From positions 23,498,001 through 23,562,000 of the forward strand of contig OZ024759.1 in NCBI GenBank assembly GCA_964016885.1: 64,000 nt of DNA, in the 5' to 3' direction. The notes beneath the pieces are model-generated. The model searched no databases. It was not told the DNA's origin and saw only the letters and a list, made by a program, of their open reading frames with translations. Below, piece by piece: positions 54,601-63,273 of the stretch. The stretch is from Eledone cirrhosa (Eukaryota). Position 1 is the first letter of the stretch; the number at the start of each line of letters is the position of its first letter. Both the position numbers and the translations under genes were made by a program.

Positions 54601-57402
54601 TCCCCAGAGGTTCTTTAGCCCAACAATTTACAATATTACCTCTTAAGATCCTTTAATGATCTAGCAGAAAATATCTAATTCAAATGTTTATAGTATCTTT
54701 ACTAATGGACAAATTGTTGTGAAAATTTGCAGTATTATCTCTTAATATCATATAATGATTTAGCAAAAAATATCTTACAACCAGTTTGTTAATTCAAATG
54801 TTTATAGTATCTTTACTAATGGACAAATCCTTGTGAAAATTGGCTGTCTGAGACTAAAAACTAATCATTTAACTTCTTCAGTGTTGTAGACGAGAAAACT
54901 CATCCTAACATGTTTACATTCTAGTGCCATGGATGAGATAACTCATCCTAACATGTTTGCATTCTAGTGCCATGGATGAGATAACTCATCCTAACATGTT
55001 TGTATTCTAGTGCCATGGAGGAGATAACTCATCCTAACATATTTGCATTCTAGTGCCATGGATGAGATAACTCATCCTAACATGTTTGCATTCTAGTGCC
55101 ATGGAGGAGATAACTCATCCTAACATATTTGAACACTTTTCCAACAGTTCATAACTTCAAAGTTATGAACTTGTTTCCAACAATTCATAACTTCAAAGCT
55201 AAATGTGGTTACTAGTTTATTGATGTGGTGTTTGTCAATCATTCAGATATGTGTTGTTAATAAATGTTTGTTTAAAAAAAATAGTCATTTTACTAAAATA
55301 AAAAAAACTAAAAAAAACCAACACAGCAACTGTAGCTGTGTAAAATATACACGGCAGTCAACAGGTTAATGTGATGCAATCATAGTGCTGTTTTGTACTT
55401 TTTAAGAATGAAATTGAACTAGAAGACTTTGCTATAACTGTCTAAATACAATACTCTAATAATGGTTTCTACTATAGGCATAAGGCCGGCAATTTGGGGG
55501 AAGGGAGAGTCGATTAAATCGACCCTAGAGTATTACTGGTAATTTATTTCATCAACCCCATAAGTATGAAAGGCAAAGTTAACCTTGGCGGGATTTGAAC
55601 TCAGAACCTAAAGGGCCATAACTCTATGCTGCAACGCATGGTGTCTGATGTTCTATCGATACTGCCAATCCACCGCTCTTACAATAGCCTAATAATAACG
55701 AGGTATATAAACCCACTGACTGGTGGTGAATTGGTAATAGACAACATGCTTTGTGGCATATAGTTATATCCCTATACATTCTGATTTCAAATCCCACCGA
55801 AGTTAGCTTTGCCTTTCATTCTTATGGAGTGGATAAAATAAAGTACCAGTAATGCACTGGGGCTGATTTAGTCAACTTTACTCTCCCCCAAGTTTGTTGA
55901 CCATGTGCCTAAATCAGAAACCATTGTTAGGCTATTTTATTTAGTTAAGGTTATGACAAAATCTTCTAAATCTATTTTCAAACCCCACTCCCTGCTTTCT
56001 AAACATACATTCTATTCACCCATTAGCATTTACTCTATATTTACTATTGTATTTTCACAGAAAAGGCTTTATCTCACATAATATCGAATCTATGAGATTT
56101 TGATATTATTTATTTTGAGAATAATACCTTAACATAAGTATGAGCTGCCGGTTACAGTTGGTTTGAACAGAAAGAGGTGAGAGAATTTTGGCTAGATACA
56201 ACCAGTTTAACTCTTTTGCATTTGCATTACTCTATACATATTATTATATTTTCACGGTAATGCGGTAATGGTTTTACCTCAAATATTTCATATAATATCG
56301 AATCTATGAGATTTTAGTATTGTTTATTTTGAGAACAATACCTTACCATAGGTATGAGCGACCAGTTACAGTCAGTTTGAACAGAAAAAGGTGAAAGAAT
56401 TCTGGCCGGATATGGCCAGTTTAAATGCTAAAAGGTTAAATGCTAAAGGGTGAAAGTGGCATGGAACATTAAGAGTTTAAAAGAAAAGAATTGCTAAAAA
56501 TCAATTATTACCTTCAAAAAACAAGTATTGTTTTCATTGCAATCAAAGCATCCAGTGTGAATCATAACACCATTCAAAGCATTGCTCTTTAGTTTCAAGT
56601 CTGAATTCAGATAAACTGAAAATACAGAACTGACTAATGTGTTTAATGGACATTCAATAATGTTGAAGGTGACTTGACGAGCTGGTGCAGATATGACTCT
56701 TCCAGGCTGACCAAATTTCTACAAGAAAAAATATACAGAGTTGTCTGAAATAAATATATATAAGAAAGGGTTGGCTGAATAGTTCATAGGCTGAATAGCT
56801 GAAGATGAAGGAGTGATGCTAGAGCCGTAAAATCTAGCATGAATTTCAACTCTTCTTATTAATAACTGCATTATTTCTTTCCAGAGACTATGTTGAAAAA
56901 TAAACCTTATTTGGCTGAAGTTTCATTTTCATGTTTATGTTTTTATTGAGATGAGATAGAATCGTGATGAATGGATGGGTGCCAGGCTGAGAAGGCCCTG
57001 TGCCACCCTTGCAAGTATGGAAAGACTGACGCAAAATTGATGATGATGATGATTATCTGCCTGTTATGTATGTTTCACAGATGACTGACATAGGTCACCT
57101 ATGGAAGCTATGGACCCAACTGTCATCGATCTGCTCATCAGACCAATGTTTCAATAAACACTTAGAATGATGATAGTGTTCAAGCCATAACTTATCTGCC
57201 ATTGATGACATTGAGCCAATTATCTGTGAAACACATGTAACAGGTCAATACTCTATAAAAACATAAATTTATAGATAAAACATCAATAGTTTTTCTTATA
57301 TATATATATATAAATAATATATATATATAATATATATATATAATATATATATATAATATATATATAAATAATATATATAATATGTATATATAAATAATAT
57401 AT

Positions 57403-57436
<34 letters not shown>

Positions 57437-59832
57437 ATATATATATAATATATATATATAAATAATATATATATAATATATATATGGAGGCACATGGCTT
57501 AGTGGTTAGAGCATTGGCCTTGCAATTGAAAGGTTGTGAGTTCAATTCTCAGACCGAGTGATGTGTTGTGTTCTTGAGCAAGACACTTTATTTCACATTG
57601 CTCCAGTTTACTCAGCTGTAGAAAAGTGGAGGTGCCACGGCAAAAAAGCACCCAGCCCACACTGTAAAGTGGATGTGTAGGCGCCACCGAAAAAAAGCAT
57701 GCAGCACTCACTGTAAATGAGGCTGGTGTTAGGAAGGGCATCCAGCTGTAGAAATAAAGCCAGAATCAGTTCCCATCCCACCCTTGCAAGCAGGGAAAAG
57801 CGGACATAAAATAATGATGATGATGGTGATAAATAATATATAATATAATATATAATATATATCATAATATATAATATATATATATCATAATATATTATAT
57901 ATATAATATAATATATATAATATAATATATATATAATGTATGATGATGATGATATATAATATAATATAAATATAATATAATATAATATATATATATATAG
58001 AGAGAGAGATGTTCACTTAAAAATAAATTAATCTAAGTAAAAACATAATCGTAAGAAAAAAGTTTAACATAAAAAATAGCATTAAACATTTGATTAAAAT
58101 CAATTTTCTGAAATCCAAGATGGCTCCAAACCTGAAAATTGGAAAAATTCTTCTGAAATTAGCTTATTACTATTACTACTACAATTACTACTACTACTAT
58201 GATTACAACTGCTACAGTTATTATTATTTTATTATTATTATGGTCCAATAAATGAAATTGTTATTATTATTATCATTGTTGATGTTGTTAATGATGTAGA
58301 TGTTATGGTTAACAGTTAAGCTAGTAAAATGCTCTATCTACTTTTAGTTATTTACTGTTTAATTATATATTAGAAATGTCTAATAAATCAAATATTTGTA
58401 GTATCTTCACTAGTGGACGGATTGTGAAAATTTGAGTAAACTAAAGTAAAATCCTACTACATTATACTACATTATAATTTGATGCTCTTTTGTACTATTC
58501 AAAATATCTTATTAACTCTTTAGCATTTAAATTACTCTTTTGGGTGAGTGGCCGGTTACAGGCAATTTGAACAGAAAGAGGTGAGAGAATTCTGGTCGGA
58601 TACAGTCAGTTTAACTTTTTAGCATTTAGATTACTCTATATTTACTATTTTATTTTCATGGTAAACACTTTATCTTACATAATATCTCAAATAATATTGA
58701 ATCTACGAAATTTTGATATTATTTATTTTGAGAACAATACCTTAACTTCAGTATGAGTGGCCGGTTACAGCTGGGTTGAACAGAAAGAGGTGAGAGAATT
58801 TTGGCCGAATATAGCCGGTTTAAATGCTAAAGGCTTAAATGCTAAAGGGTAAATGTGGTTTTATGTGGTCGGTTAATTAAAAGACTTTAATATTTAATGT
58901 GATGTAGTCATATGGCTGTTTTATTCTTTTCAAAATGTCTTGCTGGTGTGGTTTCATATGGTTTGTTAATTCAAATATTTCTAGTATCTCTACTAGTGAA
59001 CAGATCATTGTGACTATTTGCAGTATTGCATACAGGACTTTAATATTTAATGTGATGCAGTCATAATGTTGTTTTATATTTTTCAAAATCTCTTGCTCAT
59101 GTGGTTTATTAATTCAAATGTTTCTAGTATCTGTACTAGTGGACAGATTGTTGTGAAAAATTCACAGTAAACTAAACTAAAAGCTATATTTAATGTGATG
59201 CCGTCATAGTGCTGTTTTGCAAATCTGGTTTCATATAGTTTGTTAATGCAAATATTACTAGTATCTTTACTAGTAGACATATTGTTATAATAATTTGCAA
59301 GAAACTGAAGACTTTAATATCTAATGTAATGCAGTCATAGTGCTGTTTTATATTTTTCAAGAATGTCTTGATAATGGGGTTTGTTTATGCAAATATCTAT
59401 AGTATCATTACAAAGGGACATATCTTTGTAAAAATATTTGCAATATTAGAATAAAATCTTTGGATTTTAATTAAATTATGCTCAAATGTTGTTGATTTGT
59501 GCTTTTAAAGAATACCTCACTATTGAGACTTTATGTGGTACAAGACGTTAGATTTTAAGACATGTGGTATATTAAGTATACCAGCCTGTATACTGACTTA
59601 TATAATTTATATAATTAAGTGAATTAATGACACAACGGCAAAAATATAACAAACAGGAGGAATATACCTAATTGGTAAGGGTAATAATAAATGAGTAATT
59701 CTTAAGACATTAAATTAATCAATATTATTTCCACACACACACACATATATATATAGAGAGATATATATGTATATTTATATATCTATCTATATGTGTATGT
59801 ATATGTGTATGTATATATATGTATATATGTGC

Positions 59833-59881
<49 letters not shown>

Positions 59882-60529
59882 TATATGCATAATGTGTATA
59901 CATATATATATAAAGAGAGAGATGTGTAAATACATATATAGATGCTTAAAAATAAGAATAAGAAGAAAACAAGAACAAGGCGGGGAAGTTTTCCTCCTCA
60001 GTTGTCTGCTGGGGGTCTCAGATATTTCTACGCATTAAAGACAAGATATCTACCACCCGTGCGTTCAATAACTAGGTTAGTTTTTGGGAAAACGAAGGAG
60101 GGAGGGAAAGAAAATATAGGATAACAGAAGGGAAAAGGGAAAAAAAGAGAAAAGAGAAAAACAGTGAAAAAAGGCTAAAAAAAATGGGGAAACAACAAAC
60201 TGAAGAGTGTGCGAGCAACTTGAAGAAAGAAAATTCAAGTCCACGACAATTACAGAACATAAGTTCTAGATTGTGTGGACGAGCGAAAAGACATGTCTGA
60301 TCCCAGTGAGTCGGAATGAGAAAAGAACTGCTTGGGGTCAGGCAAGGGAAACAATGAGGTGGCGAGAGAGAGACGGTGAGTGAAAGTGGGAAGGAGATAG
60401 GGAGAGAAAGAAAGAGGGGGAAGAGTAGATAGCAACAAAATAGGTAGGTAGAAAGAAGACGGGTCACAGTGAAACATGATCAAATATATGAAGAAGAGAA
60501 TTGGCTGTGTAGTAGCTAGATAAGGTATG

Positions 60530-60577
<48 letters not shown>

Positions 60578-62148
60578 CATACCTTATCTAACAACTACAT
60601 GTACCCTAAATGTTCTAAATGACTAGGATTTTAGTAACATGTTTCGACATTCCTTATGCTCTGATGATATCAGACTTCTCTCCGGAAGAAACAATTGTCA
60701 GCAAATAAATGTTCTAAACTAAAATTTGATCGTTTTAACACTTTGTATATATATATATATATACATATATTTATTTATATAAACACACACACATATATAT
60801 ACATATATATATTTATCTATACACACACACAAATATATACATATTTATATTTATCTATATACACAAACACAAATATATACATATTTATTTTTATCTATAT
60901 ACACACACACATATATAAATATCATATATATATATATATATATACAGCAGTGGTGGAGGGTGTTCTGAAAGTACAGTAGAATGGATGGAAAAAGTTCAGA
61001 GAGCTTATACTGTTGGCCACAAAAGGTTTCTCTCTAAAAATGAAAGGCAGCTTGTATGATGCCTGTATACGAACAGAAATGCTACATGGCAGTGAGACTT
61101 GGGCATTGCATGCAGAGGACCTGCGCAGATGGAGTGGAACAAATCATGCATGCTCTGTTGGATGTATAATAGTAATATACGTGAACGGCAAAGCATAAAT
61201 TAACTAAGTGAGAAATTAGGAATTAGAGGGATCAGATGCTGTTTACTTGAGAGAGAAGACTACGTTGGCATGAAAGACGACAGCTGTATAAAAAAGTGCA
61301 GGGCAATCAAAATTGATGATAGTTACGGTGTAGGTAGACCCAGAAAAACCTGGGATGATCTGATAAATTCCGACGTTACACACTCTCTAAGACAATGTCA
61401 CTGGTCCGAGATCTTTGGCGCTACGCAGTAATACAGAAAACCCAACTTACCTATGTACAAAGCGAAACCTACAGTCAGTAGGCACCTCTTAACCAAATAT
61501 ACACCCCAATCGACTACCCATACCCTATCCTCCCACTCCCACCAACACCACCCTCTCTCTGTAAAGTTGGTACCACAACATCCAGTCCAAATAAATGAGA
61601 TAATGAGATCGAGATCGTGTAGGTGTCACGAGAAAAAAACACACAGTCCACGCTGTAATGTGGCCGTGTAGATAACACGGTAAAAAGTTCCCAGTTCCAC
61701 ACTGTAAATGTTGTTGGTGTTAGGAAGGGCATCCAGCCATAGAAAACCTGCCAGATAGTCCTATATGAGCGAGACACGGTCACCCGACCAACCTTGCCTC
61801 AAGTGTGGCAACTCCCGTCTAACCCATGCTAGCGTGGAAAATGAACATTAAACGAAGATGATATATATATATATTAGTGAATGTAACCTCTTCGAAGAGG
61901 TAACTAGCCGAAATTGCTGAAGTCCTCTGTTTTCACCAATATACCCACTCAGCATCTTACTATGTATTGAATTCTTTTGTGTTTTGTGGTCTTCCCAGTC
62001 TCAGTATTACAGACTATCATTATATGTTTGGCCATTCTGAGTTCCAATCCAGCCGAGGTTAACTTTGCCTTTCATCTTTACGAGTTCGATAAAATAAAGT
62101 ACCAGTAATACACTGGGTATTTGCTGGCCTTGTGCCAAAAGAAGAAAC

Positions 62149-62179
<31 letters not shown>

Positions 62180-62907
62180 TGCATGTGTGTGTGTGTGTAT
62201 GCCTGCTGTGCTCATATTTATATAAAACCCTTCCTAGCAGGGAAATCAGACATTAAAACAACAATGATATTATTCTCCATAGTATAAATATAATAATTAA
62301 CAGCAGATCTGGATTAACCATTAATCAAAATAATCATGTACTTAGGACCTCATGTAAAAAAGGGCCTCATAGAGTTTTTTTTTTTTTCCCCGAGTACCAG
62401 ATTTGCAATGTTCTGTTTGAATCAGGGCCCTTAAAAAATTTGGATAATTTTTTTCACTGCTTAGGCCACTAAATATCTTAATATGGATTTATACATTCAA
62501 TTGTTTTGATCTTTATTGGTGAATTGGCAGTATCGGTAGAGGGTTGGACGCCATGCTTTGTAGCATAGTTACGTCCCTTTTACAGTCTGAGTTCAAATCC
62601 AGCCGAGGTTAACTTTGCCTTTCATCCTTACGAGGTCGATAAAATAAAGTACCAGTAATGTACTGGGTAATTGCTGGCCTTGGGCCTAAAGTAGAAACAA
62701 TTACATTATATAACAAACTTCATTTTCTGCTCTCTTCTAAAAAGAAATTAAAACAAATATTTTGTTTTCTTGCCTTTATAAGAAAAGAGGTTATTTTTAA
62801 GAGGTAAATCTTTAGTCATTATTTACTACAATGTACTTCTTCATGCAACTAGTTGTTAGAAACAGGACTACTATGGATAACACAGTTCTTACCTCACTAC
62901 CAAATTG
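3231..62907 (-). CDS. Multi-exon gene (partial at both ends) for a large VWD/EGF/PAN extracellular protein, VWDE-like, with a tandem 15-exon super-repeat
   Basis: 35 exons bounded by AG/GT join into one open frame with compatible phases; motifs include [41 protein letters not shown] and two PAN domains. Confidence 0.9.
6098..6288 (-). CDS. Exon C13, EGF C-half ([14 protein letters not shown]) plus IPT-like start
   Basis: 191 nt, phase 1-0. Confidence 0.9.
6525..6856 (+). mobile_element. tRNA-derived SINE family 1 with RTE-like tail (also 14170-14515, 49330-49678, 57485-57830 on +; 40488-40819 and 3935-4100 on -)
   Basis: A-box TGGCTTAGYGG, B-box GAGTTCAATTC; tail ccttgcaagcagggaaaagtggacgtaaaatga(tga)n shared with the LINE at 9907. 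Confidence 0.85.
6867..7040 (+). mobile_element. Fold-back element, 83-bp arms
   Basis: arms 6867-6949 and 6958-7040; GAAA-TATTC then AATAAA in the right arm; follows (TA)n. Confidence 0.65.
7642..7880 (-). mobile_element. Fold-back element, same family as 11674-11892, reverse orientation
   Basis: shared tail and arms; minus strand reads CGAAAC-AGCTG-gaggt-CAGCT-GTC. Confidence 0.7.
7987..8158 (-). CDS. Exon C12, EGF N-half (ITDDSSWA...[13 protein letters not shown])
   Basis: 172 nt, phase 0-1. Confidence 0.9.
8159..8620. repeat. 61-bp tandem array with two roughly 30-bp subunits
   Basis: period 61 at 8221, 8282, 8343. Confidence 0.9.
8936..9085 (-). CDS. Exon C11 (EYNWEPG...INTCVDDIK)
   Basis: 150 nt, phase 0-0. 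Confidence 0.85.
9748..9851 (-). CDS. Exon C10 (GKDITEQ...[10 protein letters not shown])
   Basis: 104 nt, phase 1-0. Confidence 0.85.
9907..10640 (-). mobile_element. 5'-truncated RTE-type LINE (also about 12255-12575 on - and 60950-61460 on +)
   Basis: [20 protein letters not shown] motif, frameshifted; (TGA)n tail. Confidence 0.8.
10969..11138 (-). CDS. Exon C9 (SIYRGIC...FCKC)
   Basis: 170 nt, phase 2-1. Confidence 0.85.
11674..11892 (+). mobile_element. Fold-back element with hammerhead stems II and III
   Basis: 60-bp arms plus tail between (TA)n tracts; GAAAC-GGCT-tgagctc-AGCC-GTC. Confidence 0.75.
12995..13103 (-). CDS. Exon C8, VWD end ([14 protein letters not shown]...FSLSWR)
   Basis: 109 nt, phase 1-2; canonical motif. 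Confidence 0.9.
14548..14659 (-). CDS. Exon C7, VWD (VRLPIGT...[16 protein letters not shown])
   Basis: 112 nt, phase 0-1. Confidence 0.9.
15012..15207 (+). mobile_element. Fold-back element (second copy 45394-45657)
   Basis: 40-bp arms; loop GAAGA-TCCCgttaaGGGT-GAAA; tail shared with the 45.4-kb copy. Confidence 0.65.
15250..15560 (+). mobile_element. LINE 3' end with CCHC finger
   Basis: ARWGY...[17 protein letters not shown], then (GAA)n tail. Confidence 0.7.
15779..15982 (-). CDS. Exon C6, VWD ([16 protein letters not shown])
   Basis: 204 nt open. Confidence 0.9.
16093..16705. repeat. 32-bp minisatellite, about 19 copies
   Basis: unit ataccataatagttatggtatggtagagtata. Confidence 0.95.
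17101..17164 (-). CDS. Exon C5 ([15 protein letters not shown])
   Basis: 64 nt, phase 2-0. Confidence 0.9.
17555..17774. mobile_element. piggyBac-like MITE (also 17857-18053, 38256-38476, 45003-45210, 48867-49273, about 56016-56452, about 58512-58852)
   Basis: TTAA-CCCTTTAGCATT...AATGCTAAA(A/G)GG-TTAA ends. Confidence 0.8.
18425..18742. mobile_element. hAT-like MITE
   Basis: TIR cagggccagattta / taaatccaaccttg; degenerate 8-bp TSD tgtgtgca / tgtatgta. Confidence 0.55.
19794..19870 (-). CDS. Exon C4, VWD start ([14 protein letters not shown])
   Basis: canonical VWD motif; 77 nt, phase 0-2. Confidence 0.9.
20214..20690. repeat. 20-bp minisatellite, about 24 copies
   Basis: unit ataaaatgttatacctttat. 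Confidence 0.95.
20737..21117 (-). CDS. Exon C3 ([10 protein letters not shown]...[13 protein letters not shown])
   Basis: 381 nt open. Confidence 0.9.
21638..21730 (-). CDS. Exon C2 ([14 protein letters not shown])
   Basis: 93 nt, AG/GT. Confidence 0.85.
22637..22689 (-). ncRNA. Type I hammerhead ribozyme-like motif
   Basis: GCTTC-CTGATGG-stem II-GAA-ACAG-ttctagtc-CTGT-A-GAAGC; A9 is G. Confidence 0.6.
22952..23175 (-). CDS. Exon C1, Ig-like (FICTF...FINWYND)
   Basis: 224 nt, phase 1-0. Confidence 0.85.
23539..23710. mobile_element. Tc1/pogo-like MITE (reverse copy 51728-51833)
   Basis: tactgtatatactcaaatataagcc end shared in inverse orientation. Confidence 0.55.
24141..24255 (-). CDS. 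Exon B15 ([11 protein letters not shown]...[10 protein letters not shown])
   Basis: 115 nt, phase 0-1. Confidence 0.85.
24601..24662 (-). ncRNA. Minimal type I hammerhead (family of 42004-42068)
   Basis: CTGATGA, GTACCAAA/TTTGGTAC stem II, GAAA-TATATATA, stem I pairing. Confidence 0.7.
25015..25230 (-). CDS. Exon B14 (HIRCPL...VYDPTCLVC...C)
   Basis: 216 nt open, gtgagt donor. Confidence 0.85.
26441..26631 (-). CDS. Exon B13, EGF C-half ([15 protein letters not shown]) plus IPT-like start
   Basis: 191 nt, same size as 6098-6288. Confidence 0.9.
26683..27240 (+). repeat. Head-to-tail trimer of SINE family 2
   Basis: three near-identical units of about 190 bp. Confidence 0.9.
27810..28212 (+). 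mobile_element. L1/Tx1-like LINE 3' end
   Basis: [14 protein letters not shown]-stop, GC-rich then T-rich UTR, AATAAA, (ATT)n. Confidence 0.55.
28885..29050 (-). CDS. Exon B12, EGF N-half (CLNDCSQ)
   Basis: 166 nt, phase 0-1. Confidence 0.85.
29194..29453. repeat. 20-bp minisatellite, about 13 copies
   Basis: unit ggggtttctaaatttaggtt. Confidence 0.95.
29571..29726 (-). CDS. Exon B11 ([16 protein letters not shown]...CLRNIQ)
   Basis: 156 nt; VWDE-type WPT.SG.T...A...C motif. Confidence 0.85.
29889..29926 (-). ncRNA. Minimal hammerhead-like motif in fold-back 29863-30033
   Basis: TCCT-TTGAAGA-aGAGAtattacTCTC-GAAATATC-AGGA. Confidence 0.6.
30215..31133 (+). mobile_element. Non-autonomous Helitron
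   Basis: 5' tatataaaactgaggatgtctgtctg; 3' hairpin ccgtgcaacgccggg then CTAG (31130-31133) and T; internal repeats. Confidence 0.75.
31542..31627 (-). CDS. Exon B10 (GVHQELYDV...DENPK)
   Basis: 86 nt, phase 1-0. Confidence 0.8.
32675..33640 (-). mobile_element. L1/Tx1-like ORF1 5' fragment, disrupted
   Basis: ORFs 32935-33438 and about 32700-32929 (SFAATVAK; [15 protein letters not shown]) broken by a frameshift/stop. Confidence 0.55.
33848..34014 (-). CDS. Exon B9 (SIYSGYC...YCDC...C)
   Basis: 167 nt, phase 2-1; paralogous to 10969-11138. Confidence 0.8.
34393..34465 (-). CDS. Exon B8, VWD end ([13 protein letters not shown])
   Basis: 73 nt, phase 1-2. Confidence 0.8.
34495..34684 (+). 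mobile_element. tRNA-derived SINE family 2, about 190 bp, more than 15 copies in the window
   Basis: B-box GAGTTCAAATC and core gcctttcatccttacggggtcgataaaataaagtaccag; copies near 5.0, 5.8, 11.4, 12.8, 18.2, 24.4, 24.8, 28.2, 28.5, 37.5, 47.6, 55.5, 55.7, 62.0 and 62.5 kb. Confidence 0.85.
36257..36362 (-). CDS. Exon B7, VWD ([11 protein letters not shown]...SPSDVNNID)
   Basis: 106 nt, phase 0-1. Confidence 0.85.
37908..38123 (-). CDS. Exon B6, VWD ([26 protein letters not shown])
   Basis: 216 nt open, AG/GT. Confidence 0.9.
38575..39880. repeat. Compound (TA)n/(TACA)/(TAAAG) microsatellite field
   Basis: direct inspection. Confidence 0.95.
41754..42205 (+). mobile_element. Fold-back element, about 174-bp arms plus tail, full hammerhead in each arm
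   Basis: arms about 41754-41927 and 41937-42110; (TA)n on both sides; relatives at 24559-24750 and 63146-63381. Confidence 0.8.
42004..42068 (+). ncRNA. Minimal type I hammerhead ribozyme
   Basis: stem I TTTATTTTAT/ATAGAATAAA; CTGATGA 42014-42020; GAAA 42047-42050; 2-bp stem III with palindromic ATAT loop; ATA triplet. Confidence 0.75.
44278..44341 (-). CDS. Exon B5 ([15 protein letters not shown])
   Basis: 64 nt, phase 2-0; same size as 17101-17164. Confidence 0.85.
45250..45323 (-). CDS. Exon B4, divergent VWD start ([15 protein letters not shown])
   Basis: 74 nt, phase 0-2; paralogous to 19794-19870. Confidence 0.8.
45907..46281 (-). CDS. Exon B3 ([12 protein letters not shown]...REVLE)
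   Basis: 375 nt open; paralogous to 20737-21117. Confidence 0.85.
46825..47480. repeat. 48-bp SINE-derived tandem array (related arrays 21190-21610 and 50983-51285)
   Basis: unit tgtaaagtggtcatgtaggtgacatgacgaaaagcacccagcacacac; runs directly into the SINE 3' half. Confidence 0.9.
47888..47980 (-). CDS. Exon B2 ([13 protein letters not shown])
   Basis: 93 nt, same size as 21638-21730. Confidence 0.85.
48382..48775 (-). repeat. 136-bp triplication of an RTE LINE 3' end
   Basis: units start at 48382, 48518, 48654; minus strand encodes [20 protein letters not shown]. Confidence 0.9.
49718..49947 (-). CDS. Exon B1, Ig-like (IQCHLP...YFVRWFVND)
   Basis: 230 nt, phase 1-0, AG/GT. Confidence 0.85.
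50186..50562. repeat. (GAA)n tract; other purine tracts at 8710-8920, 26280-26423 and 36980-37520
   Basis: direct inspection. Confidence 0.95.
50586..50849 (-). CDS. Exon, PAN/Apple domain 2
   Basis: DPCRK...[17 protein letters not shown]...CYLS...YLEWKC; phase 1-1. Confidence 0.9.
51834..52190 (+). mobile_element. CRE-like non-LTR retrotransposon C-terminal endonuclease remnant
   Basis: AEEKKINKY...TVEAS...[17 protein letters not shown]. Confidence 0.7.
52860..53126 (-). CDS. Exon, PAN/Apple domain 1
   Basis: DICQGL...[18 protein letters not shown]...CYLN...YYEWQC; phase 1-1. Confidence 0.9.
53530..53644 (-). CDS. Exon, repeat A end ([11 protein letters not shown]...[12 protein letters not shown])
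   Basis: 115 nt, phase 0-1; same size and motif as 24141-24255. Confidence 0.85.
53670..53998. repeat. About 40-bp tandem array
   Basis: unit caataagagacagtgtcaatagagcaataggagaac. Confidence 0.85.
54209..54238 (-). CDS. Candidate 30-nt micro-exon ([10 protein letters not shown])
   Basis: strong polypyrimidine tttcag acceptor and CAG/gtaaaa donor, frame-preserving; no counterpart in repeat B. Confidence 0.4.
54897..55130. repeat. 43-bp tandem array, about 5 copies
   Basis: unit aactcatcctaacatgtttgcattctagtgccatggatgagat. Confidence 0.95.
56512..56718 (-). CDS. Exon, repeat A IPT-like/Cys-rich (KFGQPG...[14 protein letters not shown])
   Basis: 207 nt open, AG/GT; similar to exons 25015-25230 and 3231-3455. 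Confidence 0.85.
57060..57146 (-). ncRNA. Hammerhead-like motif with extended stem II
   Basis: CTGATGA-GCAGAT...ATCTGT-GAAAC; a second core on + at 57202-57244. Confidence 0.55.
60657..60703 (+). ncRNA. Type I hammerhead ribozyme
   Basis: TGCT-CTGATGA-stem II-GAAAC-AATT-GTC-AGCA, followed directly by AATAAA. Confidence 0.75.
62893..62907 (-). CDS. Micro-exon (QFGSE), super-repeat A
   Basis: tttgtttttcttttag acceptor, GAG/gtaaga donor, phase 0-0; brings the next exon to the length of its paralogous exons. Confidence 0.55.
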
Positions 62908-63273
62908 CTAAAAGAAAAACAAAGAAATAAATGATTAAATAATTCAACACAACTGCAATATACTACCTTTGAGAAATACGGTTTTAGGAATCCGTAGCTA
63001 TGTAAACACTGAGGGGCTAACGCCCTCTGGTGGTGTCCAGCAGCAGCAGAGGGCGTTAGCTCTCCGGTGATTACATAGCTATGCCTTTCTAAGACCGTAT
63101 TTCTTTAGAAATACGAAATTTCTATATATATATATATATATATATGCAGAGGTTATATTTAATTTGTTGGGATTCAACAAGCTTAAACATTTTTATAACT
63201 ATCCAGGAAGCTCCAACCGTTAAGGTTGTCTTTTTTTCCGGGTATGTCAATATTTATTTATAAAACACATCTG

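Noticed and set aside
54897-55130. Possible CRISPR array
   Set aside because: Contiguous 43-bp units without spacers.
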